The notes under the pieces were generated by a model. The model ran no database searches and was not told where the DNA came from. It was given only the letters and a program-made list of their open reading frames with translations. A stretch of 64,000 nucleotides of DNA, taken from NCBI GenBank assembly GCA_002269645.1, contig NIVC01001071.1, positions 62,001-126,000 of the forward strand, written 5' to 3'. The DNA is from Macrostomum lignano (Eukaryota). Positions 1 to 10,799 of this stretch are shown here, piece after piece (position 1 is the first letter of the stretch; each line of letters starts with the position of its first letter). A program made the position numbers and the translations under genes.

Positions 1-2405
1 AACCTAAAAGAGCCACCATGTCAAACCTAAAAGAGCCACCATGTCGAACATAAAAGAGCTATACCATGAAAAACATTAAAGAGCCACTTTCTTGAACATT
101 AAGGAGCCACCATGTCAAACATTTAAAAACCACCTTGTCAAACATTAAATAGCCACTTTGTCGAACATTAAAGAGCCACTGTGTCAAACATATATGTGAC
201 TTTGTGTTAAACATTAAAGAGCCACCATTTCGAACATTAAAGAGCCACCATGTCAAACATGAAAGAGCCACCATGTGAAACATTAAAGAGCCACCATGTT
301 TAACATTAAAGAGCCACCATGTTAAACATTTAAGAGCCACCATGTCAAACATTCAAAAGCCACTTTGTCGAATATTAAAGAGCCACCATGTCAAACATAA
401 AAGAGCCAACATGTCAGACATTAAAAAAGCCACCGTATCAAATAAAAAAGAGTTAACATGTAGAACAAAAAAGAGCCACCATTTCGAACATAAAAGAGCA
501 AACATGTCAAACACAAAGAGCCACCATGTCAAACATTTAAGAGCCACCATGTCAAACATATATGTGACTTTATGTCAAACATTAAAGAGCCACCATTTCG
601 GACATAACAGAGCTACCATGTCAAACATTAAAGAGCCACCATGTCGAACATAAAAGAGCAACCATGTAAAACATTAAAGAGCCACCATGTCAAACATTAA
701 AGAGCCACCATGTCGAACATTAAAGAGCCACCATGTCGAATATTAAAGAGCCACCATGCCTAACATTAAAGAGCCACCATGTCAAACATTAAAAGTCACC
801 ATGCTAAACATTAAAGAGCCACCATATCAATCATAAAAGAGCCACCATGTCAAACCTAAAAGAGCCACCATTTCGAACATTAAAGAGCCACCATGTCGAC
901 CATAAAAGAGCCACTATTTCGAACATAAAAGATCCACCATGTCAAACATAAAAGAGCCAACATGTCAAACATAAAAGAGCCAACATGTCAAACATAAAGA
1001 GCCACCATGTCGAAAATAAAAGAGCCACTATTTCGAACATTAAAGAGCCACCATTTCAAACATTAAAGAGCCACCATGTCGACCATAAAAGAGCCACTAT
1101 TTCGAACATTAAAGATCCACCATTTCAAACATAAAAGAGCCAACATGTCAAACATAAAGAGCCACCATGTCAAACATTGAGGAGCCACCATGTCAAACAT
1201 ATATGTGACTTTGTGTCAAACATTAAAGAGCCACCATTTCGAACATTAAAGAGCCACCATTTCGAACATTAAAGAGCCACCATGTCAAACATGAAAGAGC
1301 TATAACATGAAGAATATTAAAGAGCCACCATGTCGAACATTAAAGAGCCACCATGTCGAACATTTAAGAGCCACCATGTTAAACCTAAAAGAGCCACCAT
1401 GTTAAACCTAAAAGAGCCACCATGTTAAACCTAAAAGAGCCACCATGTTAAACCTAAAAGAGCCACCATGTTCAACCTAAAAGAGCCACCATGTTAAACC
1501 TAAAAGAGCCATCATGTCAAACCTAAAAGAGCCACCATGTCGAACACTTAAGAGCCACAATGTAAAATATTAAAGAGCCACCATTTTGAACATATAAGTG
1601 ACTTTATGTCAAACATTAAAGAGCCACCATGTCAAACATTAAAAAGCCACCATGTCAAACATTTAAGAGCCACCATGTTAAACATAAAAGAGCCACCATG
1701 TAGAATATTAAAGAGCCACTATGTTGAACATTAAACAGCCATCATGTCAAACCTAAAAGATCCACCATTTCGAACACTTAAGAGCCACAATGTAGAATAT
1801 TAAAGAGCTACCATGTCAAACATTTAAGAGCCACTATGTCAAACCTAAAAGAGCCACCATGTCAAACCTAAAAGAGCCACCATGTCGAACATAAAAGAGC
1901 TATACCATGAAAAACATTAAAGAGCCACTTTCTCGAACATTAAAGAGCCACCATGTCAAACATTTAAGAGCCACCATGTCAAACCTAAAAGAGCCACCAT
2001 GTCGAACATAAAAGAGCTATACCATGAAAAACATTAAAGAGCCACTTTCTTGAACATTAAGGAGCCACCATGTCAAACATTTAAAAGCCACCTTGTCAAA
2101 CATTAAATAGCCACTTTGTCGAACATTAAAGAGCCACTGTGTCAAACATAAAAGAGCCACTGTTTCAAACATAAAAGAGCCACCAGGTTAAACATTAAAG
2201 AGCCACCATGTCAAACAATAAAGAGGCACCATGTCAAACATAAAAGAGCCACCATGTAAAACATAAAAGAGCCACCATGTCTGACATTAAAAAGCCATCG
2301 TTTCAAACATAAAACAGTTGCCATGTAGAACATAAAACAGCCACCATGTCAAACATAAAATTTACACAATTTCAAACATAAAAGTAAGCGAATTTTAAAG
2401 GAGCC
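1..2405. repeat. Degenerate ~22-bp satellite (AAAGAGCCACCATGTCAAACAT), Sat-A
   Basis: Directly visible tandem array; recurs at ~5655-6490, ~7270-8590 and ~9870-10170. Confidence 0.97.
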
Positions 2406-2445
2406 ACTATAATGCTAAGGAAATTGTCGCACTAGCTACTTATTG

Positions 2446-2615
2446 TCTGGTGGATGCTTGCTATTTGGGGATGCTATCTATGTAGGGGATGCTTGCTATC
2501 TGGCGGATGCTTGCTATCTGGGGGATGCTTGCTATCTGGGGGATGCTTGCTATCTGGGGGTTGCTTGTAATCTGGAAGATGCTTGCTATCTGGGGGATGC
2601 TTGCTGTCTTGGGAT
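2446..2615. repeat. 18-bp satellite (GGGGATGCTTGCTATCTG), Sat-B
   Basis: Tandem 18-mer giving YLGDAC peptide repeats; recurs at 6586-7197, ~10200-10490 and ~38880-39100. Confidence 0.95.
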
Positions 2616-3198
2616 GATTTCTTTTTGCATTGCACTTCCTTTGAGTAATTTGTCGGTTTTCTTTGTGAAGGCTTTTTTTGGCTATCTTTTTGTTACTTGT
2701 AGAGAACAGAGGTTCTATACAGATGTCCCCCAACGGGTGGCGAAGATTGCTTGTTTGTACGCAATCGATTAGAGAAAAAATGGCTGGACCGATTTTCTTC
2801 GAACTTGCACTATTCGATCAGAAATTTTCCCGTGACGGTACATGCATCTTGGCTAAGAAATTGCTCCATGTTAAAGCGATTAAATATTCGAAAAACATGC
2901 TTTTTTGCAAAGGTCAAGCAAACTTTTCGACTTGAAATGCATTGTAATAATGCTAGAGAAAAAACTGACTGGTTGAATTCTGATTCTGAAATAGATTGCA
3001 TCATAACTGAATTGTAACTCCGACTTGAATTGAAAATGCAGTGTGGAAGCGTAGCACCAGACTTGATTTAGATTGCGTAACCATATTCTCAACTTTAATT
3101 GAGACTGATACTGACTTGCCTGGGAAATTGATTATGTCATAACTGCTTCGTGAGTGAGTGTTGAATTATATGTGAGTGTTGATTTATAAATTCGATAA

Positions 3199-3264
3199 GA
3201 GCTAGCCTAGATGTGAACAGACTGGACTGCAAATGCAGCGACCTGGGTTCGAATCTTAGTAGTG
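3199..3264 (+). ncRNA. tRNA-derived Pol III promoter-like cassette inside the Helitron 5' module (other copies at 5548-5613, 9761-9826, 37023-37088)
   Basis: A-box-like TAGCCTAGATG, anticodon-arm-like CTGGA-CTGCAAA-TGCAG and T-arm CTGGG-TTCGAAT-CTTAG with B-box GGTTCGAATC. No intact acceptor stem, so not a functional tRNA. Confidence 0.6.
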
Positions 3265-3313
3265 AAAAGTTTTTTATTAAAAGCTTTTATTCAAGGACAA
3301 ATAAAGGAAAAAA

Positions 3314-3945
3314 GGCGTCATGCAAAAAATCATTGAAGCGTCATGTAAAAAATCATAGAAGCGTCATGAAACAATCATAGAAGCGTCATGTAAAACTCAT
3401 AGAAGCGTCATTTAAAAAAATCATAGAAGCGTCATGTAAACAATCATAGAAGCGTCATGTAAACAATCATAGAAGCGTCATGTAAACAATCATAGAAGCG
3501 TAATGTAAAAAATCATAGAAGCGTCATGTAAAAATCATAGAAGTGTCATGTAAACAATCATAGAAGCGTCATGTAAAAATCATAGAAGCGTCATGTAAAC
3601 AATCATAGAAGCGTCATGAAAAAATCATAGAAGCGTCATGTAAACAATCATCGAAGCGTCATCTAAAAAGTCATAGAAGCGTCATGTAAAAATCATAGAA
3701 GCGTCATGTAAACAATCATAGAAGCGTCATGAAAAAATCATAGAAGCGTCATGTAAACAATCATCGAAGCGTCATCTAAAAAGTCATAGAAGCGTCATGT
3801 AAAAAATCATAGAAGCGTCATGTAAACAATCATAGAAGCGTCATGAAAAAATCATAGAAGCCTCATTAAAAACTAATGAAAGTGTCATTTAAAAAATTAA
3901 GAAGCATCATGGTAGAATAAAAGAAGCGTCATGTCTGACATGAAA
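3314..3945. repeat. 22-bp satellite (AATCATAGAAGCGTCATGTAAA), Sat-C, apparently related to Sat-A
   Basis: Visible tandem array; shares an AGA(A)GC..CATGT core with Sat-A. Confidence 0.92.
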
Positions 3946-4767
3946 GGTGTCATGTAAAAATTAAATGAAGCTATAGTGCTGGGCTAGGGAGAAAACTGAG
4001 ACGTCAAGGCTCACAGAGAATAACTGAGATTACGGGGGTGGGGTTTCTGAGATGTCAAAGCAAAAGTCAGAAGCTACTTCAAAGTTCATCTACTTTACTC
4101 AATTTTTTATTACATTCTTTGTTGGCTCGCCACAGGGGGGGGGCGCTGATAGAAGAAGAGTCATGTAAAAAATAAAAGTAGCACTATGTATATGTAAAAG
4201 AAGAGTCATGTCGAAGTTAAAAGATTCCTTTGGGAATTGCTACGATGTCAAAGCTTGGTGGAAATCGTTATACTGCTGTGATTCTTAAAGAAGGAATCAC
4301 TAAAATGTCAAGGCTTAGGGGAGAAGAATTGCTGAGATTTCAAGACTTTAGGTTGGGTTAAAGTTAGGTTTAGGTCAGGTTTGGGTTGAGGGTTATATTT
4401 TATCGGGTTTCAAGGTTAACAGGGGATTTTTTAGATTTCAAGGTTTATGGGGGCCATCGCTGACATGTCAAGGCTTACGGGGGGAATAGCTGACATGTCA
4501 AGGCTCACGGGGGTATAAATGAGATTTCAAGGCTAAAGTCAGAAGCTACATGTAGTTTATTGAAAACTTTTTATTACATTATTTGATGCCTCCTCAGGGG
4601 AGGGATCGCTGATAAAAAAGCGTAATGTAAAAAATAAAAGAAGCTTCATGTCGAAGTGAAGAGATGCATTTGGGAATCTCTACGATGTCGAGGCTTGCAG
4701 GGAATCGCTATAATGCTGTAGTAGTGCAATAATGACTCTTAGAGAGAATTACTGAAATGTCAATGCT

Positions 4768-4852
4768 TTAGGGTTAGGTTAGGGTTAGGGTTAGGTTAGG
4801 GTTAGGGCTAGGGTTAGGGTTAGGGTTAGGGTTAGGCTAGGGTTAGGGTTAG
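4768..4852 (+). repeat. Interstitial telomere-like (TTAGGG)n tract
   Basis: Imperfect TTAGGG/TTAGG/CTAGGG array inside unit B. Confidence 0.9.
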
Positions 4853-6585
4853 AAGGTTGACAGATATTTTTAGATTTCCAAGGCTTATTGGGGGCATTGC
4901 TGAGATGTCAAGGGGGGAAGTTGATATGTTAAAGCTTGTGGGGGGGGGGAATTACTGACATTTCAAGGCTGACAAGTTTTGACAGGAGATTTTTTAAGAT
5001 TTCAAGGATACATGTAGCTTATTAAAAAAACGTGTATTGCATTTCTTTGGCTCCCCAACGGGGGGCGTAGATTGCTAGTCCTATATACTAAAAATGAGTT
5101 GTCTGTCGGTATGCGATAGATTTCAGAAAAATTGGCTCAACCGATTTTCTTCAAACTTGCACCATTCGATCAGAAATTTTCCTGGGACGGTACATGCATC
5201 TTGGCTAAGAAATTGCTCAATGTTAAAGGGATTAAATATTCGAAAAACATGCTTTTTTTGCAAAGGTCAAGCAAAATTTTCGACTTGAAATGCATTGTAA
5301 GAATGCTAGAGAAAAACCTGACTGACTGAATTTCAATTCTGATAAAGATTGCATCACAACAAGTTAAAAACAGTGTCGAAGAAATGCACACACGACTTGA
5401 TTTAAATTGCGTAACCAATATTGCTAACTTGAACTGAGACTGATACTGGCTGACAGAGAAATTGATTATGTCATAACTTTTTACTTTAATTGACTTGCTG
5501 TAAGAATTGAATTATAAGGGCCACAATTCATGTACTCCGATTGAAAAGAGATAGCCTAGATATGAACAGACTGGACTGCCAACGTAGCAACCTGGGTTCG
5601 AATCTTAGTAGTGCAAAATAATATTTTTATTAAAACACCTTGAAAACACGAAACTGCTAAACATAAAAAAGCACAATGTCAAACATAAAAGAGGCACCAT
5701 GTCAAACATTACATGGGCACCATGTAAAACATATACGTGACTCTATATCAAAAATTAAAGAGCCACCATGTAAAACATAAAAGAATCACCATTTCGAACA
5801 TTAAAGAGCCACCATGTCAAACAATTAAGAGCCACCATGTCAAACGTAAAAGAGCCACCATGAAGAACATTAAAGAGCCACCATGCCAAACATAAAAGAG
5901 CCACTATGTCGAACATTAAGGAGCTAGCATGTCAAACATTAAAGAGCCACCATGTCGAACATTAAAGAGCCACCATGAAGAAAATTAAAGAATCACCATA
6001 TCGAACATAAAAGAGCCACAATGTAGAATATTAAAGAGCCACTATGTCTAACATTAAAAAGCCACCGTGTCAAACACTAAAGAGCCACTATTTCGAACAT
6101 TAAAGAGCCACCATGTCAAACATAAAAGAGCCACCATGTCGAACATTAAAGAGCCACCATGTCGAACATTAAAGAGCCACCATGTAGAATATTAAAGAGC
6201 CACTATGTCAAAAATTAAAGAGCCACTATGTCAAACGTAAAAGTGACTTTATGTCAAACATATCAGTGACTTTATGTCAAACATATAGGTGTTTTTATGT
6301 CAAACATTAAAGAACCACCATTTCGAACATTAAAGAGCCACCATTTCGAACATTAAAGAGCCACCATGTCAAACATAAATGAGCCACCATGTCAAACATA
6401 AAAGAGGCACCATGTTAACATAAAAGAGCCACCATGTCAAACATAAGAGAGCCACCATGTCAAGCATAAAATATACACAATTTCTAACGTAAAAGTATTG
6501 CCAGCCAATGCCAATTTTAAGTCATGCTAATTTTAAAGGAGCCACTATAAAGCTAAGGAAATTTTCGCACTAGCTACTTATTGTC

Positions 6586-7197
6586 TGGTGGATGCTTGCT
6601 ATCTGGGGGTGCTTGCTATCTGGGGGATGCTTGCTATCTGGGGGATGCTTGCTATCTGGGGGATGCTTGCTATCTGGGGGATGCTTGCTATCTGGGGGAT
6701 GCTTGCTATCTGGGGGAAGCTTGCTATCTGGGGGATGCTTGCTATCTGGGGGATGCTTGCTATCTGGGGGGTGCTGATGCTTGCTATCTGGGGGATGCTT
6801 GCTATCTGGGGGATGCTTGCTATCTGGGGGATGCTTGCTATCTGGGGGATGCTTGCTATCTGGGGGGTGCTGATGCTTGCTATCTGGGGGATGCTTGCTA
6901 TCTGGGGGATGCTTGCTATCTGGGGGATGCTTGCTATCTGGGGATGCTTGCTATCTGGGGGATGCTTGCTATCTGGGGGATGCTTGCTATCTGGGGGATG
7001 CTTGCTATCTGGGGGATGCTTGCTATCTGGGGGATGCTTGCTATCTGGGGGATGCTTGCTATCTGGGGGGTGCTTGTTATCTAGGGGATGCTTGCTATCT
7101 GGGGGGTGCTTGCTATCTTGGTGATGCTTGCTATCTGGGGGGTACTTGCTATCTGGGGGATGCTTTCTCTCTGGGTGATGCTTGCTGTCTTGGGATG
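6586..7197. repeat. 18-bp Sat-B array (homogeneous)
   Basis: Near-perfect GGGGATGCTTGCTATCTG units; source of spurious ORFs at 6581-7344. Confidence 0.97.
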
Positions 7198-9013
7198 ATT
7201 TCTTTTTGCATTGCACTTCATTTGAGCAGTTTGTCGGTTTTCTTTGTGAAGGTTTTTTTTGTATGTCGAATACTAAACAGACACCATGTCAAACATAAAA
7301 GAGCCACCATGTCAAACATATACGTGACTACATGCCAAACATAAAATAGACACCATGTCAAACATAAAAGAGCAACCATGTCGAACATAAAAGAGCCACC
7401 ATGTCGAACATATACGTGACTACATGTCAAACATAAAATAGACACCATGTCAAACATAAAAGAGCAACCATGTCGAACATTAAAGAGCCACCATGTCGAA
7501 CATTAAAGAGCCAGCATGTCAAACATTAAAGAGCCACCATGTCAAACATTAAAGAGCCACCATGACAAACATTAAAGAGCCACCATGTCAAACATTAAAG
7601 AGCCAGCATGTCAAACATTAAAGAGCCACCATGTCAAACATTAAAGAGCCACCATGACAAACATTAAAGAGCCACCATGTCAAACATTAAAGAGCCACCA
7701 CGTCAAACATTAAAGAGCCACCATGTCGAACATAAAAGAGCCACTATGTCAAACAAACACGTGACTTCATGTCAAATATTAAAGAGCCACCATGTGAAAC
7801 ATACACGTGACTCCATCTCAAACATTAAAGAGCCACTATGTCAAACATAAAAGAGCTACCATGTCAGACATAAAAGAGCTACCATGTTAAATATACAAAA
7901 GCCATCATGTCAAACATAAAACAGCCACATATACGTGACTTAATGTCAAACCTTAGGAGCCACCATGTCGAACATTAAAGAGCCACCATGTAAAATATAA
8001 AAGAGCTACCATGTAAAATATAAAAGAGCCATCATGTCAAACGTATACGTGACTCAATGTCAAACATTAAAGAGCCACCATGTCGAACATAAAAGAGTCA
8101 CCATTTTAAACATATACGTGACTCCATGTCAAACATTAAAGCGCCATCATGTCAAACATACATGTGACTGCATGTCAAACATAGAAGAGACACCATGTCA
8201 AACATAAAGAGCCACCATGTAAAATATAAAAGAGCTACCATGTAAAATATAAAAGGGCCATCATGTCAAACATTTTTGTGACTCAATGTCAAACATTTAA
8301 GAGCCACCATGTCAAACATTAAAGAGCCACCATGTTAAACATAAAAGAGCCACCATATCAAACATATACGTGACTCCATGTCAAACATTAAAGCGCCATC
8401 ATGTCAAACATATATGTGAATGCATGGCAAACATAAAAGAGCCACCATGTCGAACAACTAAGCCACCATGTCAAACAAAGAAGAGACACCATGTCAAACA
8501 TAGAAGAGCCACCATGTCAAACATAACAGAGACAACATTTCAAGCGTAAAAGGGCCGCCATGGTAAACATAGAAGAGCCACTATGTCAACATTAAAGTTA
8601 AAGTTAAAGTTAGGTTTAGGTCAGGTTTGGGTTGAGGGTTATATTTTATCGGGTTTCAAGGTTAACAGGGGATTTTTTAGATTTCAAGGTTTATGGGGGC
8701 CATTGCTGACATGTCAAGGCTTACGGGGGGAATAGCTGACATGTCAAGGCTCACGGGGGTATAAATGAGATTTCAAGGCTAAAGTCAGAAGCTACATGTA
8801 GTTTATTGAAAACTTTTTATTACATTATTTGATGCCTCCTCAGGGGAGGGATCGCTGATAAAAAAGCGTAGTGTAAAAAATAAAAGAAGCTTCATGTCGA
8901 AGTTAAGAGATTCATTTGGGAATCCCTACGATGTTGAGGCTTGCAAGGAATCGCTATAATGCTGTAGTAGTGCTATAATGACTCTTAGGGAGAATTACTG
9001 AAATTTCAATGCT

Positions 9014-9069
9014 TTAGGGTTAGGTTAGGGTTAGGGTTAGGGTTAGGGTTAGGCTAGGGTTAGGGTTAG
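9014..9069 (+). repeat. Interstitial telomere-like (TTAGGG)n tract
   Basis: Shorter paralog of the 4768-4852 tract in the duplicated tail. Confidence 0.9.
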
Positions 9070-9291
9070 AAGGTTGACAGATATTTTTAGATTTCCAAGG
9101 CTTATTGGGGGCATTGCTGAGATGTCAAGGGGGGAAGTTGATATGTTAAAGCTTGTGGGGGGGATAACTGACATGTCAAGGCTTACAAGGTTTGACAGGA
9201 GATTTTTTAAGATTTCAAGGATACATGTAGCTTATTAAAAAAACGTGTATTGCATTTCTTTGGCTCCCCAACGGGGGGCGTAGATTGCTAG

Positions 9292-10612
9292 TCCTATATA
9301 CTAAAAATGAGTTGTCTGTATATGGGTATGCGATTGATTTCAGAAAAATTGGCTCAACCGATTTTCTTCAAACTTGCACCATTTGATCAGAAATTTTCCT
9401 GGGACGGTACATGCATCTTGGCTAAGAAATTGCTCGATGCTAAAGGCATTAAATATTCGAAAAACATGCTTTCTGCAAAGGTCAAGCAGCTCTTTCGACC
9501 TGAAATGCATTGTAAGAATGCTAGAGAAAAAAACTGACTGCCTGAATTCCAATTGTGAAAAGGATTACATCACAACAAGTTGAAAACAGTGCCGAAGAAA
9601 TGCACACGACTTGATTTAAATTGCGTAACCATATTGCTAACTTAAATTGAGACTGATACTGGCTGACTGAGAAATTGATTATGTCATAACTTTTTACTCT
9701 AACTGAATTGCAGTAAGAATTGAAGTATAAGGGCCACAATTCATGTTCTCAAATTAAAAAGAGATAGCCTAGATGCGAACAGACTGGACTGCTAATGTAG
9801 CGACCTGGGTTCGAATCTTAGTAGTGCAAAAATATTTTTTTATTAAAACACCTTAAAAACACAAAATGCTAAACATAAAAGAAGCACAATGTTAAACATA
9901 AAAGAGCCACCATGTCGAACATTAAAGAGCCACCATTTCGAACATTAAAGGCGAACATGTCGAACATTAAATAGCCACCATGTCTAACATTAAAGGCTAC
10001 CATGTCAAACATATATATGACTCCATGTCAAACAATAAAAAGCCACCAAAACATAAAAGAGCCACCATGTCAAACATAAAAGAGACACCATGTCAAACAT
10101 AAAGAGACACAATTTGAAACGAAAAAAAGAAGCGTCATGTCGAACAAAATGGAGCCATTATAAAGCTATAGAAATTGTTGCACTAGCTACTTGTTCTCTG
10201 GTGGATGCTTGCTATTTAAGGATGGATACTTGCTATCAAGGGGATGCTTGCTATCGGAAGGATGCTTGCTACTGGGGTAACTTGCTATTGGGAGATGCTT
10301 GCTCTTGGGGGGTGGAGGGTACTTGCTATCTAAGAGGGGGTTGCTAGATATCTATAAGGTCTCTTTGTATCCAGGTTAATGCTTGCTATCTGGGGTTGCT
10401 TGCTATCTGGGGGATGCTTGCAGTCTGGAGGATTTCGCTATTTGGGGATCGATGCTTGAATGCTGTCTGAGGATGCTTGCTGTCTTGGGATGTTTTTTTT
10501 AGAGGGAATGTCTGTTGTTTTTTATGAAGGCTTTATTTCGCTGTCTATTTGTTATTTGTGAAGAACAAGGATTCTATCCAGATGTCCCCCATCGGGGGGC
10601 GAAGATTGCTAG
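9292..10612 (+). mobile_element. Non-autonomous Helitron-like unit D (last of the concatemer)
   Basis: Starts TCCTATATACTAAAAATG and has short Sat-A and Sat-B arrays. Ends GTCCCCCATCGGGGGGCGAAGATTGCTAG|T (CTAG 10609-10612, followed by host T). Confidence 0.75.
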
Positions 10613-10799
10613 TACACAAACTAATGGTCATATTTTCAATAAAATCATGCAGAAATATCCAACAGATCATGCATCAAAATGAACTCAAATAGTTACTCAC
10701 TTGGAAGAACTGGATAGACCTTCGCTCCCTGCTTGAATTTATCTAAATGGGAAAATTGTTGGGGTTGGAATCGGTAGAGAGCATTTTACATCAGCTTGA

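Larger units (their letters stand above)
1..2750 (+). mobile_element. Non-autonomous Helitron-like unit A (5' end outside window; 22-bp and 18-bp satellites, then 3' hairpin)
   Basis: Ends in GATGTCCCCCAACGGGTGGCGAAGATTGCT (2722-2751), a variant of the hairpin+CTAG terminus seen intact at 5078, 9291, 10612 and 39572. The junction to the next unit is deleted. Confidence 0.65.
2751..5078 (+). mobile_element. Non-autonomous Helitron-like unit B
   Basis: 5' module (CCGATTTTCTTCGAACTTGCAC...) lacks its first ~25 bp. It carries a 22-bp satellite and a TTAGGG tract, and ends CTCCCCAACGGGGGGCGTAGATTGCTAG (CTAG 5075-5078). Confidence 0.7.
5079..9291 (+). mobile_element. Composite non-autonomous Helitron-like unit C
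   Basis: Starts TCCTATATACTAAAAATG directly after the CTAG of unit B. Order is Sat-A, Sat-B, truncated 3' region, Sat-A, then a copy of the unit-B tail. Ends in hairpin+CTAG (9288-9291). Confidence 0.72.

Noticed and set aside
3199-3264. Functional tRNA gene
   Set aside because: No proper acceptor stem, weak D-arm, and the anticodon triplet differs among copies.
4768-4852. True chromosome end
   Set aside because: Short, imperfect, internal, and duplicated with its flanks.
6581-7344. Cys/Trp-rich ORFs (YLGDAC)n, (MLAIWG)n
   Set aside because: All frames of the 18-bp Sat-B array; not coding evidence.
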